64,000 bases of DNA from Vicinamibacterales bacterium (GTDB lineage Bacteria > Acidobacteriota > Vicinamibacteria > Vicinamibacterales > JAMQPK01): positions 880,444 to 944,443 of the forward strand of contig CAVVBP010000007.1 of the NCBI GenBank assembly GCA_963746535.1, in the 5' to 3' direction. Below are positions 10,346 to 23,175 of this stretch, piece by piece. Position numbers and translations under genes: made by a program. Numbering within the stretch: position 1 is the first letter of the stretch; every line of letters begins with the position of its first letter. The notes beneath the pieces are model-generated. The model searched no databases. It was not told the origin of the DNA and saw only the letters and a program-made list of their open reading frames with translations.

Positions 10346-10721
10346 AAGCGCCGGAATGCCCTGCGTCTTGCCTCATCATCCCCGGCGAGACGTTGGCGCT
10401 CGCGAGTAGGGGCCAGTTCGTTAGGTACCGGTAAACGGCGTAGCGTTTAGGTATGCGTTGACCCGCTCAGGCCACCTGTCGAAATCCGTCCAGCTGTCTT
10501 AGCCATTGGGGAATGCGGTGCCAAACTCGCTAAGTTAGGTCACTCCTTCTTCCTAGTAGACCCTGGAATTTTCCAGTGCGAAGCCTCCCGAACGCCAACG
10601 ATGGTAGCCAGCCTGATAGCCACGCCACACTGGCCGAAGCCGGGCGCCCGTTGCAGGATTGCTGCTGGCTGCGCTGGCGTCGGCCGAGCATGATCCGCGG
10701 CCAAGGGGAGTGATGCACAGT

Positions 10722-11393
10722 TCAGCGATCAACTAGAGCAACTAGAGCGTTCGATCGCTCAGCCACCTGTTTCATCAAGGCAGTCAGCTCTGCTTGATGC
10801 TCGAGGAGGAACATCACATTGTCGGGGTGGACTCGCTCGAGCTCTTTGGGCGGCTCCTGACCGACGCCTGACCTCCGCAAGCCCGCGACCATCGCGGCCA
10901 TTAACCCCGCAAGCTGGTACTTCGAATAATCACGCGCCGTCAGACCGCTCCTGCCGAGTGCCGCGATGAACCGCGGGTTGGCCTTCAGCTCGGCCTCCAT
11001 CTGGTCCAGGCTCCGCACCCTGGTCAGGCCCAGATCGCCGAAAGCCTGATGGAGCGCGTCCAATTGCTGCCCGACCTGCAACTGCAGCTTCTTGAACCGC
11101 TCGGCTTCGGCCTGCGTGAGTTCCTCTCTTTTTGCAAGAGTCTCCAGTTCGGCGTTCGTCTTCTGGACCGCCTCGAGTTCCGGACCGTCGACGATGTCCT
11201 GAATCAGTGAAAGCATCGCCGCGTGTACCTTGTTCGCGGTGTCCATCGTGAGCCGGTATGACGCGAGTTCCTGACTATCAGCGGCAGAAAAGCCGGGACT
11301 CTGGGCATTCGGAACCGACATAAGCGACACAATCATCGATGCCGTAAGCAGTAGCCGGATGTACTGTTCCATCGAGCTCCTTGTCGCGTGCAT
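10722..11393 (-). CDS. Hypothetical secreted alpha-helical protein
   Basis: Signal-peptide-like N-terminus (LLLTASMIVSLMSVPNAQ); coherent 223-aa ORF; true start may be the second Met. Confidence 0.6.
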   Translation of the reverse strand: MHATRSSMEQYIRLLLTASMIVSLMSVPNAQSPGFSAADSQELASYRLTMDTANKVHAAMLSLIQDIVDGPELEAVQKTNAELETLAKREELTQAEAERFKKLQLQVGQQLDALHQAFGDLGLTRVRSLDQMEAELKANPRFIAALGRSGLTARDYSKYQLAGLMAAMVAGLRRSGVGQEPPKELERVHPDNVMFLLEHQAELTALMKQVAERSNALVALVDR

Positions 11394-11720
11394 TCGGTGC
11401 GGAGTGCAATGTTATGGCCATCAGGGGGCCACGAGGACGGTTCAACATTGTCAAAGCACGGCCGGGGTGTGTGCGACCTTGAGACACGTCGATCACGAAT
11501 CGCGTCTACTCGTCGGAGTCAGCGTCAGTGAATTTTCATTGAGGGGAACTAGCCGAGATAGCTGCCTGGAGAGGGTATCTTTGGGATACGGGAGATGTGA
11601 CCCTCTACTACTTGGGCAGCCACGGGAATCTGCTCCCTGCGTTGGCCGCGATCTTACAGCAGGGATCCCTCCAGACGTGGACGATGGACGATCGACGTGC
11701 CTCTGACCTAGGATTGTGCC

Positions 11721-12917
11721 GTGACCGAGCCCACCGAAGACTTCGCCGCGATGTTCGAAGCGTCGATCAAGGCGAAGCGCGTCGAAAAGGGCCAGACGCT
11801 CGAGGGCACCATCGTCGGAATCGGTCCGGAAGTGGCGTTTGTCGATGTGGGCGGGAAGGGCGAAGCGACGATCGAGATCGGCGAGTTGAAGGACGCCGAC
11901 GGCCGGGTCGAAGTCGCGGTGGGCGATCGCATTCAGGCCGTGGTGATCTCGACCGCTGGAGGCCTCACCCTTTCGCGCACGTTGGCGCGCGGTGCGGCGA
12001 CAGAGCGGCAACTCCAGGACGCGTTCCAGAGCCGTCTTCCCGTCGAAGGGAAGGTGGTCCGGGTCGTGAAGGGTGGGTTCGAGGTACAGATCGGCCGCAG
12101 CCGCGCCTTTTGTCCGATCTCGCAGATTGACAGCGCCCGGACCGACGACGCGACCGCGCACGAGGGGCGCGTGTACCGGTTTCGCATCATCGAGTACAAG
12201 GAAGGCGGCAGAAACCTCGTCGTCTCGCGGCGTGCGCTGATTGAAGAAGAGCAGCGCGCGAACGCCGCCGAGATTCGGCGCGCGATCGTCCCCGGGGCCG
12301 TCATGCCGGGACGCGTGACCTCGGTGCGCGACTTCGGAGCATTTATCGATCTAGGTGGAGGCGTGCAGGGGCTGCTGCACGTGTCCGAAATGGATTGGGC
12401 GCGTGTGTCGGATGCGTCGCAGATCGTCAAGCCGGGGCAGGAGGTCACCGTCAAGGTCCTGCGCGTCGACGCCGGCACGCAGAAGATTTCTCTCGGTTTG
12501 AAACAACTGACCGAGGATCCGTGGACGAACGTCACGCAGACATACACCGTGGGCCAGGTGCGCACCGGCCGGGTGACGCGCGTGGCCGACTTCGGCGCGT
12601 TCGTCGAGCTCGAGCCTGGAATAGAGGGCCTGGCGCACGCTTCGACGTTCGCCCCCACGGGAAGATCGGAAGGATGGTCCGCACAGGTACCGCCGGGCAC
12701 CACCGCGGCGTTCGAGATCGTGACGATTGACGCCGAGAAGAAACGTATTGGCGTTGCGCTGATCCCGGAAGGATCGTCGCGCGCGAGCCAGGCGATGGAT
12801 GCACGCAGTGCCAATCCGCCGGGCGAGTATCCCGACGGCGGAGAACAGGCTGTCCCCGAAAAGCTCGGCTCGCTGGCCGACAAGCTCCGGAGCGCGCTCG
12901 AGCCGCGGAACAAGTGA
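11721..12917 (+). CDS. rpsA: 30S ribosomal protein S1-like protein, short paralog with about 4 S1 domains
   Basis: S1 repeats AFVDVGGKGEA, GGFEVQIG.RAFCPISQ, FGAFIDLGGGVQGLLHVSEM, FGAFVELEPGIEGLAHAS; 398 aa. Confidence 0.85.
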   Translation: MTEPTEDFAAMFEASIKAKRVEKGQTLEGTIVGIGPEVAFVDVGGKGEATIEIGELKDADGRVEVAVGDRIQAVVISTAGGLTLSRTLARGAATERQLQDAFQSRLPVEGKVVRVVKGGFEVQIGRSRAFCPISQIDSARTDDATAHEGRVYRFRIIEYKEGGRNLVVSRRALIEEEQRANAAEIRRAIVPGAVMPGRVTSVRDFGAFIDLGGGVQGLLHVSEMDWARVSDASQIVKPGQEVTVKVLRVDAGTQKISLGLKQLTEDPWTNVTQTYTVGQVRTGRVTRVADFGAFVELEPGIEGLAHASTFAPTGRSEGWSAQVPPGTTAAFEIVTIDAEKKRIGVALIPEGSSRASQAMDARSANPPGEYPDGGEQAVPEKLGSLADKLRSALEPRNK

Positions 12918-12920
12918 AGG

Positions 12921-13883
12921 ATGCGTATGACCCGCCGAAGACTGTTGCTGTCATCGTTCCTCGCCGTGCTGTGGTTGATTCCCGCAGCTGGCGCGGGGCA
13001 AGGTGGCGCTTCGACGGCGCGGCCAGGCCTCGACGGGATCTGGAACTCCGGGACTGCGACGCCGCTCGAACGTCCGGCGCAGCTGAAGGACAAAGCGTTC
13101 TACACGCCTGAAGAGGCGGCAGAGTGGGAACGCCAGGTGGCGGGGCGCAATCAGGAGCCGTCTCCCGCCGCCGCTGCGAAAAGTACCGGCACGGGGACGT
13201 ACAACACCTTCTTCCGCGAGTTTGGTTCACGCACGGTTAAAACGCTCCGCACCTCGATCGTCACGGATCCACCCGATGGGCGCATTCCCGCGCTGACGCC
13301 GGAGGCGGCCGAAGTGAAGCGTCGTCTTCTCGACGCAATGGAAAATCCCGCAAGCGCCGAGGACACGGGTCTGCAGGATCGGTGTCTGGCGTTCGTCACC
13401 GCAGGCCCGCCCATGCTTCCGTACTCCTATAACAGCAACTATCAGATCCTCCAGACCGGGGATGCCGTCGTGATCTACGCCGAGATGAATCACGATACGA
13501 GGGTCATCTATCTGGATGGCCGTCCTCATCTTCCATCGACGATCCGGCTGTGGATGGGGCACTCGATCGGCCGCTGGGAAGGCAGCACGCTCGTCGTGGA
13601 CACGACGAACTTCAACGACGCCGGCGGCTACTACGGGTCGGCGGGCGGCAACTTCGGGTGGGACCGGAATCTCCACCTGGTCGAACGGTTCAGTCTGCTC
13701 GACCCCGACACGCTGCTCTACCGGTTTGAAGTGAACAACCCGACCGCGTATACCCGGCCCTGGAAAGGCGAGCTGACGCTCTCGCGATCGCCTGGACCGA
13801 TCTACGAGTATGCCTGCCACGAAGGCAACTACTCGTTGTCGAACATGCTCAGCGGCCACCGCGCTTCAGAGCAGGCTCCGTAG
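12921..13883 (+). CDS. Conserved hypothetical secreted protein
   Basis: Signal peptide; LDGIW, GHSIGRWEGSTLVVDTTNF, YEYACHEGN motifs of a family I associate with Acidobacteria. Confidence 0.7.
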   Translation: MRMTRRRLLLSSFLAVLWLIPAAGAGQGGASTARPGLDGIWNSGTATPLERPAQLKDKAFYTPEEAAEWERQVAGRNQEPSPAAAAKSTGTGTYNTFFREFGSRTVKTLRTSIVTDPPDGRIPALTPEAAEVKRRLLDAMENPASAEDTGLQDRCLAFVTAGPPMLPYSYNSNYQILQTGDAVVIYAEMNHDTRVIYLDGRPHLPSTIRLWMGHSIGRWEGSTLVVDTTNFNDAGGYYGSAGGNFGWDRNLHLVERFSLLDPDTLLYRFEVNNPTAYTRPWKGELTLSRSPGPIYEYACHEGNYSLSNMLSGHRASEQAP

Positions 13884-13975
13884 GTTCGGTGAGGCCGCCA
13901 GACCTTTCCTTAACGGCTTCGCGGAATCTCTAGCGTGCGCCGGCTAACAGCGGTACGCTTCATGCCACGGCTGCT

Positions 13976-16900
13976 GTGTTGCGTCTTCAGAGACTGAATT
14001 TCCGGGCGAATTCTGGCGGTGGGACCTCCGCCCACGAAGCGTCGTGGGACGTCCCGTGGGGTGCATTGGGCCGGGAAGAAGTCTTTTCCGCGCTCATCGA
14101 GAACGCGCCGTTTGGCGTGTACGTCGTCGACTCGCACTTCCGTCTCCGCGCGATCAACAAGGGTGCGGAAGCGGTGTTCCTGGGAGTCGATCCGCTCCTG
14201 GGTCGAGACTTCGGCGAGATCCTTCGCGTCATCTGGCCAGAGACATCAGCGGCCGAAACCATTGCCGCCTTCACCCACACGCTTGCCACCGGCGAGCCCC
14301 ATGCCGCTCTGGGAACCGCGGATTCGCGCGGACACATCGATCGGGCTGCTTCCTACGATTGGCAGATTCAGCGGATGACGCTGCCGGACGGCACCTTCGG
14401 CGTGGTGTGCTACTTCTACGACCTCACACGGTTCCAGGAAGCGGAAGCGGCGATCACATCGGCGGCCGAGCGCGATGCGTTTCTCGTGACGCTCAACGAC
14501 CGGCTGCGGCCGCTGACCGACGCCCTCGCAATTCAGACCGAGGCGGTGCGCGTGCTCGGCGAGCACCTCCAGACCGACTGGGTCCACCTGGCGGAGTACG
14601 ACGAGGACCTCGCCTTTGCCACCATTCGCTGCGAGTACGTCAGGGGCGATGTGCAGAGACTGGTGGGACGCTATCCGGTCCAGGGCATCGGGCCGCTGTT
14701 GACGGTGTTGAAGGACGGCCACACCGTTGCCGAGTCCGACATGGCCATGTCGGCGCTGGTCACGCCGGAAGGACGAGCCATGTATGCGGCCGTCGGCGTG
14801 CGTGGCCATGCGGCCGCTCCGGTCGTCAAACGTCATCGGCTGCTCGCGGCGATCGGCGTGTGCGATCGTGCCCCGCGTGCCTGGACCGCGCAGGAGATCG
14901 GGCTCATCGAGGCCACCGCGGAGCGCACCTGGGCGGCGCTCGAACGTGCCCGCGCGGAGCGCGCGCTCCGCGACAGCGAAGCGCGGCTGCAACTGGCCCT
15001 CGGCATGTCGAACATGGGCACGTTCGTCTGGCACATCCAGGCGGATCGCGGAGAGCCCGATGCGCGGATGCTGGCCCTGTTCGGCCTGCGCGAGGATGAG
15101 AGACTGTCGCTGACGGCTCTCGGGTCGCTGATGCATCCGGACGACCGCACGCGGTACGCGCGCGCCGTGGCACACGCGATCGATCCGGCTGGCCCCGGCG
15201 CGCTCCGTGAAGAGGTGCGCGTCCTGCATCCGGACGGGGACGAGCGGTGGCTGTTCATCGCCGGCCAGACGGTATTCGAGCCGGAGATGGGCCCGGCCGT
15301 GCGGATGTCGGGGATGGCCGCCGATATTACCCAGCGCAAGAACCGCGAGAATGCGCTGGTGTTTCTGACCGATCTGGGTCGAGAGTTTTCCCGTGCCGTG
15401 TCGACGGACGAAGTCATGCAGGCCGCCGGCGAGAAGGTCGCCGCGTTTCTCGGCGTGAGTGCGTGCTACGTGATGACGATCGACGAGGATCGGGACGAAG
15501 CCCGCATGGACTACGCGTGGGCGCTCGGGGGCGCGCCACGCGTGCCCGAGGTCGTCCGCCTTTCGGATTTCATCACGGACGAGCTTCGAGGCGCCGCCCA
15601 CGCGGGCTCCACCGTTGTCGTCGGCAACACCCAGACCGATCCCCGCACGAATGCCAGGGCATACGCGACGCTCGGCATCGGCTCGTACCTCTTCCAGCCG
15701 ATTCTGCGCGACGGCGCATGGACACACCTGGTTGCCGTGTGCGATTCACGGCCGCGCGACTGGCGCGCGCACGAGATCGCCCTGTGCCGCGAGCTGTCGA
15801 ACCGGCTGTTTCCGCGCCTGGAGCGGGCACGCGCCGGACAGACCGTCGCCAACGACCTGCGCGATACCCAGTTGCTGCAGTCGCTCAGCGCGCAGCTCAT
15901 CGGCGAGCAGGGCAGCGCGTCGCTGTACGAAACGTTGATCGACGCAGCCGTGTCGATCATGCAATCGGAATTCGTGAGCCTCCAGATGCTCCATCCCGAG
16001 CGGGGCGCGGGCGGCATGCTGCACGGGATCGCCTCGCGCGGCTTCAGCCCTGATGCGCTGCGAGACTGGGAGTGGATCGATTGCGCCGACAAGACTGTCT
16101 GCGCGGCAGCCCTGCGCGCCGGGGCTCGCGTCGTCGTGTCCGACATCGAGGCCTGCGAGTGGATGGCCGATACAGTCACCCAGGCCAAATACCTGCGGGA
16201 GGGCATCCGTGCGGTTCAGTCGACGCCGCTCGTCTCGCGCGGCGGCAAGGCACTGGGCATGATTTCCACGCATTGGTCACAGCCGCACCGGCCCTCGGAA
16301 CGCGAACTGCGGCTCCTCGACATCCTCGCGCGGATGGCGGCCGACCTGATGGAGCGCACGCAGGCCGAGGACACGCTGCGACGGAACGAGCAGACGTTGC
16401 GCGAGGCCGATCGCCGCAAGGACGAGTTCCTCGCCATGCTGGCGCACGAGCTACGCAATCCGCTGGCGCCTCTGCGGACGGGTCTCGAGTTGATCCGGCT
16501 GGCCGGCGATACCTCCGAAGCGGTCGCGAGCGTTCGCACGATGATGGAAGAGCAGGTGGCGCAGATGGTGCGCCTCATCGAAGACCTGCTCGACGTCTCC
16601 CGGATCACGACGGGCAACATCCGGCTTCAGCGCCGGCCCACGCGGCTGGCCACGCTGGTCAACGCCGCCATCGAAGCCAACCGGGCCGCGATTCGACACG
16701 GCCGGATGGCGCTCGACGTCCACGTCCCCGACGTGCCGGTTCTCGTCGACGTCGATCCCACGCGATTCGTGCAGATCCTCTCGAACGTGCTGCACAACGC
16801 CGTCAAGTTCACCGACGCCGGCGGCCGCATCACGCTTAACGCGGAAGTCGAAGCGCAGGAGGGGAGTGGCGCCGAACACGTGGTGCTGACCGTCACCGAT

Positions 16901-17524
16901 TCCGGTATCGGGATATCAGCGGACCTGTTGCCTCGCGTGTTCGATCTCTTCACGCAGGACGACAGGTCTCGACACCGCGCCGATGGGCTGGGCATCGGCC
17001 TGGCGCTGGCGCGCCGGCTCATCGAGCTGCACGGGGGATCGATCGAGGGATACAGCGAAGGTCCGGGTCTGGGAAGCACTTTCCGGATGCGTCTTGCGCG
17101 GTCGAGCGAGGCCGTGACGTCAGAAGCGCCACAGCCCCTGGTTTCGGCGCCCTCGCCGATTCAGCGCCGGGTCGTCGTGATCGACGACAACGTGTCGGCG
17201 GCGGTGGCGATGCAGAGACTCGTGAGGGCGCTGGGAGGGGAGTGCCGGGTCGCCTACGATGGCGTGTCCGGCCTCGAACAGGTGTTGGACTTCGCGCCCG
17301 ACCTGATCTTCCTGGACATCGGCATGCCCGGCATCGACGGCTACGAAACCTGCCGCCGCATCCGGCGCGCGATCGGCCCGGGCGCGATGCTCGTGGCCAT
17401 GACGGGCTGGGGACAGGAACGGGACAAGCAGGCGGCGATGCGCGCGGGATTCGACATGCACCTCACGAAGCCCGCGGATCCGGCCGTGCTCGAGAACCTG
17501 CTGTCGGATCCCAAACGCCTATAA
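13976..17524 (+). CDS. Cytoplasmic hybrid sensor histidine kinase (PAS-GAF-PAS-GAF-GAF-HisKA-HATPase-REC)
   Basis: H-box [14 protein letters not shown]-box [11 protein letters not shown]1 DSGIGI, G2 GLGIGL; [16 protein letters not shown]; exact start uncertain. Confidence 0.9.
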   Translation: MLRLQRLNFRANSGGGTSAHEASWDVPWGALGREEVFSALIENAPFGVYVVDSHFRLRAINKGAEAVFLGVDPLLGRDFGEILRVIWPETSAAETIAAFTHTLATGEPHAALGTADSRGHIDRAASYDWQIQRMTLPDGTFGVVCYFYDLTRFQEAEAAITSAAERDAFLVTLNDRLRPLTDALAIQTEAVRVLGEHLQTDWVHLAEYDEDLAFATIRCEYVRGDVQRLVGRYPVQGIGPLLTVLKDGHTVAESDMAMSALVTPEGRAMYAAVGVRGHAAAPVVKRHRLLAAIGVCDRAPRAWTAQEIGLIEATAERTWAALERARAERALRDSEARLQLALGMSNMGTFVWHIQADRGEPDARMLALFGLREDERLSLTALGSLMHPDDRTRYARAVAHAIDPAGPGALREEVRVLHPDGDERWLFIAGQTVFEPEMGPAVRMSGMAADITQRKNRENALVFLTDLGREFSRAVSTDEVMQAAGEKVAAFLGVSACYVMTIDEDRDEARMDYAWALGGAPRVPEVVRLSDFITDELRGAAHAGSTVVVGNTQTDPRTNARAYATLGIGSYLFQPILRDGAWTHLVAVCDSRPRDWRAHEIALCRELSNRLFPRLERARAGQTVANDLRDTQLLQSLSAQLIGEQGSASLYETLIDAAVSIMQSEFVSLQMLHPERGAGGMLHGIASRGFSPDALRDWEWIDCADKTVCAAALRAGARVVVSDIEACEWMADTVTQAKYLREGIRAVQSTPLVSRGGKALGMISTHWSQPHRPSERELRLLDILARMAADLMERTQAEDTLRRNEQTLREADRRKDEFLAMLAHELRNPLAPLRTGLELIRLAGDTSEAVASVRTMMEEQVAQMVRLIEDLLDVSRITTGNIRLQRRPTRLATLVNAAIEANRAAIRHGRMALDVHVPDVPVLVDVDPTRFVQILSNVLHNAVKFTDAGGRITLNAEVEAQEGSGAEHVVLTVTDSGIGISADLLPRVFDLFTQDDRSRHRADGLGIGLALARRLIELHGGSIEGYSEGPGLGSTFRMRLARSSEAVTSEAPQPLVSAPSPIQRRVVVIDDNVSAAVAMQRLVRALGGECRVAYDGVSGLEQVLDFAPDLIFLDIGMPGIDGYETCRRIRRAIGPGAMLVAMTGWGQERDKQAAMRAGFDMHLTKPADPAVLENLLSDPKRL

Positions 17525-17531
17525 TTCGCCG

Positions 17532-18828
17532 GTGACTCCTAACCGCTGGCGCATTCCCATCGGAGCCGTGCTCGTCCACGTCTGCATCGGGTCGGTCTAC
17601 GCGTGGAGCACGTTCAACCGACCCATTCAGGCGCTGTTCCCGATGCAGCCGTGGTGGTTCAGTCCGCCCTACACGACGTTCACGACCGCGCTCGTGCTGC
17701 TTGGGCTGAGCGCGGCATTCGGCGGACCGTGGGTCGAGCGGCGCGGACCGCGCGTGGCGGCGACGGCGGCTGCGCTGTTCTTCGGCACCGGTCTCGCTGA
17801 TCGGCGGCTTCGGTCTCGCCATTCGACAGCCGGTCATCGTGTTCCTCGGCATGGGGATCATCGGCGGCATCGGCTGCGGCCTCGGCTACATCTCGCCGGT
17901 GAGCACGCTCGTGAAGTGGTTTCCCGATCGCCGCGGCATGGCGACCGGGATGGCCATCATGGGCTTCGGCGGCGGCGCGTTCGTCGCCGGCTACTTGAAC
18001 GTCTTCTTCATGGATCGCATCGGCGTCGCGCCGACGGTGATGACGCTCGGCGTCGTGTACCTCGCGGTCATGCTGATCGGCTCGCGCCTGCTGGCACGCC
18101 GCCCGCCTGGATGGAGGCCCGCCGGATGGACACCGCCGGCGAAGACGAACCCGATGATCGCGGACGCAGCGTCACCCGCAACGAGGCGATCCGGACGCCG
18201 CAGTTCTATCTGCTCTGGGGCATTCTGTTCATCAACGTCACGGCCGGCATCGGCATCCTCGCGCAGGCCTCGCCGATGATGCAGGACATGTTCGAGCGGA
18301 CGACCGCAGGCAGCGGCCGTGGTCGTCTCGCTGATCAGCCTGTTCAACGCCGGCGGCCGCTTCGTGTGGGCGTCGGGCTCCGACTACATCGGCCGCCGCA
18401 ACACTTACACGATCTTCTTCGTCGCGCAGGTCTTTCTGTTCCTGCTGATTCCAACGCTGGCGGCGAGCGGGAGCTGGTGGCTGTTCCAGGCGAGCCTGTT
18501 CGTGGTGTTCACGATGTACGGCGGCGGATTCGCGACGATTCCGGCGTTTCTGGCGGATATCTTCGGACCACACAACGTCGGCGCGATTCACGGCGCGCTG
18601 CTCACGGCGTGGAGCGCCGCCGCCATGGCCGGCCCGGTCATCATCACGGAGTTGTCGAACCGCGCGAAGGCCGCGCTGCCACCGGGCGCGGATCGCGTCC
18701 ATATCTACGACACGCCACTGCAGGTGCTCGCGGGCCTGCTGGCAGTGGGCTTCGTCCTGACGCTGCTCGTGCGGCCCCTCAGAGTGAAGGCACAGTCAAC
18801 CGGCGCCCAGACGCCGGTCACGGCTTAA
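17532..18828 (+). CDS. MFS transporter, oxalate/formate antiporter (OFA) family; 3 frameshifts
   Basis: IGSVYAWS, GPWVERRGPR, STLVKWFPDRRGMATG, GRFVWASGSDYIGRR and YGGGFATIPA spread across ORFs 17532, 17839 and 18319. Confidence 0.85.
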
Positions 18829-18842
18829 TCGCTTTCCATGTG

Positions 18843-20897
18843 TCATCGCACGACAATCACCAGTTGCTCTGAGACCTGCTGGCCCTCGCGCCCGTACGCC
18901 GTGAGCTGGTAGGTCGTCGTCCGGGTGGGGGTTACTGGAAGGCACGTCAACGTGCTGGTCGGGCTCACCTTGCCGACACCGGGGTCCATGCGCGCCTCGA
19001 CGGCATCGCTCGTCGCGTAGCAGAGGTTGGTGGCGCCGCGAGTCGCGATCGATCCCGGTCGCGGCGTGAAGATGAGAATCTTTGGCGGCACGGCATCGGG
19101 CTCGTCAGCCTGGGTCACGGGAGCTGGAGCTTCCGGCACTCTTTGCTGCGGCGGTGGCCCGGTCGCCAGACTGGCCCTGGCCCTTTCGAAGCCACTTCGC
19201 ACGAACGATTCGATCCGTGCAACGTCAAGCGACTTCCACGCAACACCGGCCACCATCGCAAGAATCAACATCGTGACGATTGGTGTGCCGGCCCTCTTTG
19301 TTGGCCGCGCAGCATAGATCGGTAGCGGCGGTTCGTCGTCCAGCGATATGGACGACAAATCCACTCCTTCGTCAATCGCTGGCGCAAGCGCTGGCGCCGA
19401 GGCAAGCGCTGGCAGCAGCGCAGGCACAGGCGCCGAACGCTCCTCGGGAGGATCGGGAGGCGTCGGCGGCAGGACAAAACTCAGATTCAAACGGCTCACA
19501 GCGGCACCGGCGCTGTCGTCGAGCGACTCGCGCAGCTTCAGCGCATGGCTCAACGACGCACGCGCGAGACCCACCTCGCCGAGGCAGACCGCGCGGGTTC
19601 CGATTTCGTGAAGCGCCCAGGCTTCGTCGGAGCGATCGCCCATGGCCTTCGCGGCGGCGAGGCAACGATCGAGCAACATCGCCCAGGCACCCCACCGTGC
19701 GCGGAGAACCAGCACTCTCTCGAGCACCCGGCCCAACTCGAGCACCTCTCCTGACCGGCGGTGCTCGGCCGCATGCTGCTGCACGCGCATCAGCACATCG
19801 GAGTGATCCAGCAGAATGTCCGCATTGCGCTGATGCCGCTCGGCCCACGACGTGAAGTACGTAATCGCGCGATTCAGCCACGGCTTCAGGTCTTCCGTCC
19901 GGCGGAGCCGGTCGCCCACCCCGTCCACGAGTTGATGCTGCGACTGGTTGCACACCACGAGACCTTGCCGGGCCAGCATCATCAATGACGGCTCGATGTC
20001 GGTGACCTCTGCGATGCCCGCGATGTGTCCCGCCTCCAGCGGCACGCCGGACAGCGCACAGAGTGCCAGCAGCGCGCGCCGCTGCTTCTCGTCGATGGCC
20101 GCCATCAACTCCGTGATGATGTCCTCGGGCGTGATATCGCGCGTCCATCCGCCGATCGGAATCCCCCGCTCGCGGACGATGGCGGCGGCCTGCAGGATTC
20201 GAAGGGGGTGGCCTTCGACGGCGGCACAAAGGCTGGCGGCTTCCGATCGTTCGACGACATCGAGCGGACGCTCGATCTCCCGTTCCAGCAGCGCCACCGC
20301 GGCATCGGCAGACAGGCCCTTCAGCGCAATGCCGCGCACTTCGCCCCACAAGCGCCGCTCGCGCGTGGTCACGGCCACGACCGATCGCGGCGCGACATCA
20401 ATCACGCGTTCCAGTTCGTTCTGCGGCAGGCGCACGTCGTCGAGGATGATGAACGCCTGTTTTTCCTGGAGGCCGCGACGGATCTCCGCGTCCGTGGGCA
20501 GGCAGTACTCCTCGCTTTCGTTGAAGGCTTCAAAAATGATCTGGACGAGGTCGCTGGCCGGTTGATGCTGTGCCGGAACGTAGAGGATGCCGTCGACGAA
20601 CGCGGCGGCTCGCGGCTGATGCGCGAGGTACCGCAGCATGGCGGTTTTGCCGATGCCAGGCTCGCCGCTCACTTCGATGGGAAGGCCCGCGTCGAGCGCC
20701 GAGAGCGCCGATGTCAGTTCCGCCTGGCGGTCGAGCAGCCCGCGAATCAGCCTTGGGCGCTGGAGAATCGGTGTGGCGCGCGGACGAAGATGTGCCCGTG
20801 CGGCTCGTGGGGCCTCGCGAATCGAGGCGCCGTACGGTTCGCCGATCTGCAAGACATAGCGACCAGCTGCTATTTGACCGGTGATCCCGCCATACAT
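18843..20897 (-). CDS. STAND/NB-ARC-like P-loop ATPase with helical repeats, Pro-rich linker, one TM helix and a C-terminal Ig-like domain
   Basis: Walker A GEPGIGKT, Walker B FIILDD, GHPL motif, WALHEIG helical repeat, TM IVTMLILAMVAGVAW; the N-terminus may extend upstream across an indel. Confidence 0.7.
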   Translation of the reverse strand: MYGGITGQIAAGRYVLQIGEPYGASIREAPRAARAHLRPRATPILQRPRLIRGLLDRQAELTSALSALDAGLPIEVSGEPGIGKTAMLRYLAHQPRAAAFVDGILYVPAQHQPASDLVQIIFEAFNESEEYCLPTDAEIRRGLQEKQAFIILDDVRLPQNELERVIDVAPRSVVAVTTRERRLWGEVRGIALKGLSADAAVALLEREIERPLDVVERSEAASLCAAVEGHPLRILQAAAIVRERGIPIGGWTRDITPEDIITELMAAIDEKQRRALLALCALSGVPLEAGHIAGIAEVTDIEPSLMMLARQGLVVCNQSQHQLVDGVGDRLRRTEDLKPWLNRAITYFTSWAERHQRNADILLDHSDVLMRVQQHAAEHRRSGEVLELGRVLERVLVLRARWGAWAMLLDRCLAAAKAMGDRSDEAWALHEIGTRAVCLGEVGLARASLSHALKLRESLDDSAGAAVSRLNLSFVLPPTPPDPPEERSAPVPALLPALASAPALAPAIDEGVDLSSISLDDEPPLPIYAARPTKRAGTPIVTMLILAMVAGVAWKSLDVARIESFVRSGFERARASLATGPPPQQRVPEAPAPVTQADEPDAVPPKILIFTPRPGSIATRGATNLCYATSDAVEARMDPGVGKVSPTSTLTCLPVTPTRTTTYQLTAYGREGQQVSEQLVIVVR

Positions 20898-21031
20898 CGC
20901 AGGTTCCCGCAGGTGCGATCATTCACATCATACGCTGGAACGGATAGATCACTTTCCATGCCCGGATGCAAGCGCGTTGCCGCTATCATCAGGAGCTTTC
21001 CGCGTATCAACCGTTACCAGGAGAGGCACGA

Positions 21032-23137
<2,106 letters not shown>

Positions 23138-23175
23138 GTGGCCCACCGACCACTGACCATTGCCCGTCGCCCGCG

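Noticed and set aside
10346-10721. Possible ncRNA or small gene in the 375-nt convergent spacer (short hairpin CTGGAATTTTCCAG; ORF 10530..10718)
   Set aside because: No recognisable motif, repeat copy or convincing coding signal
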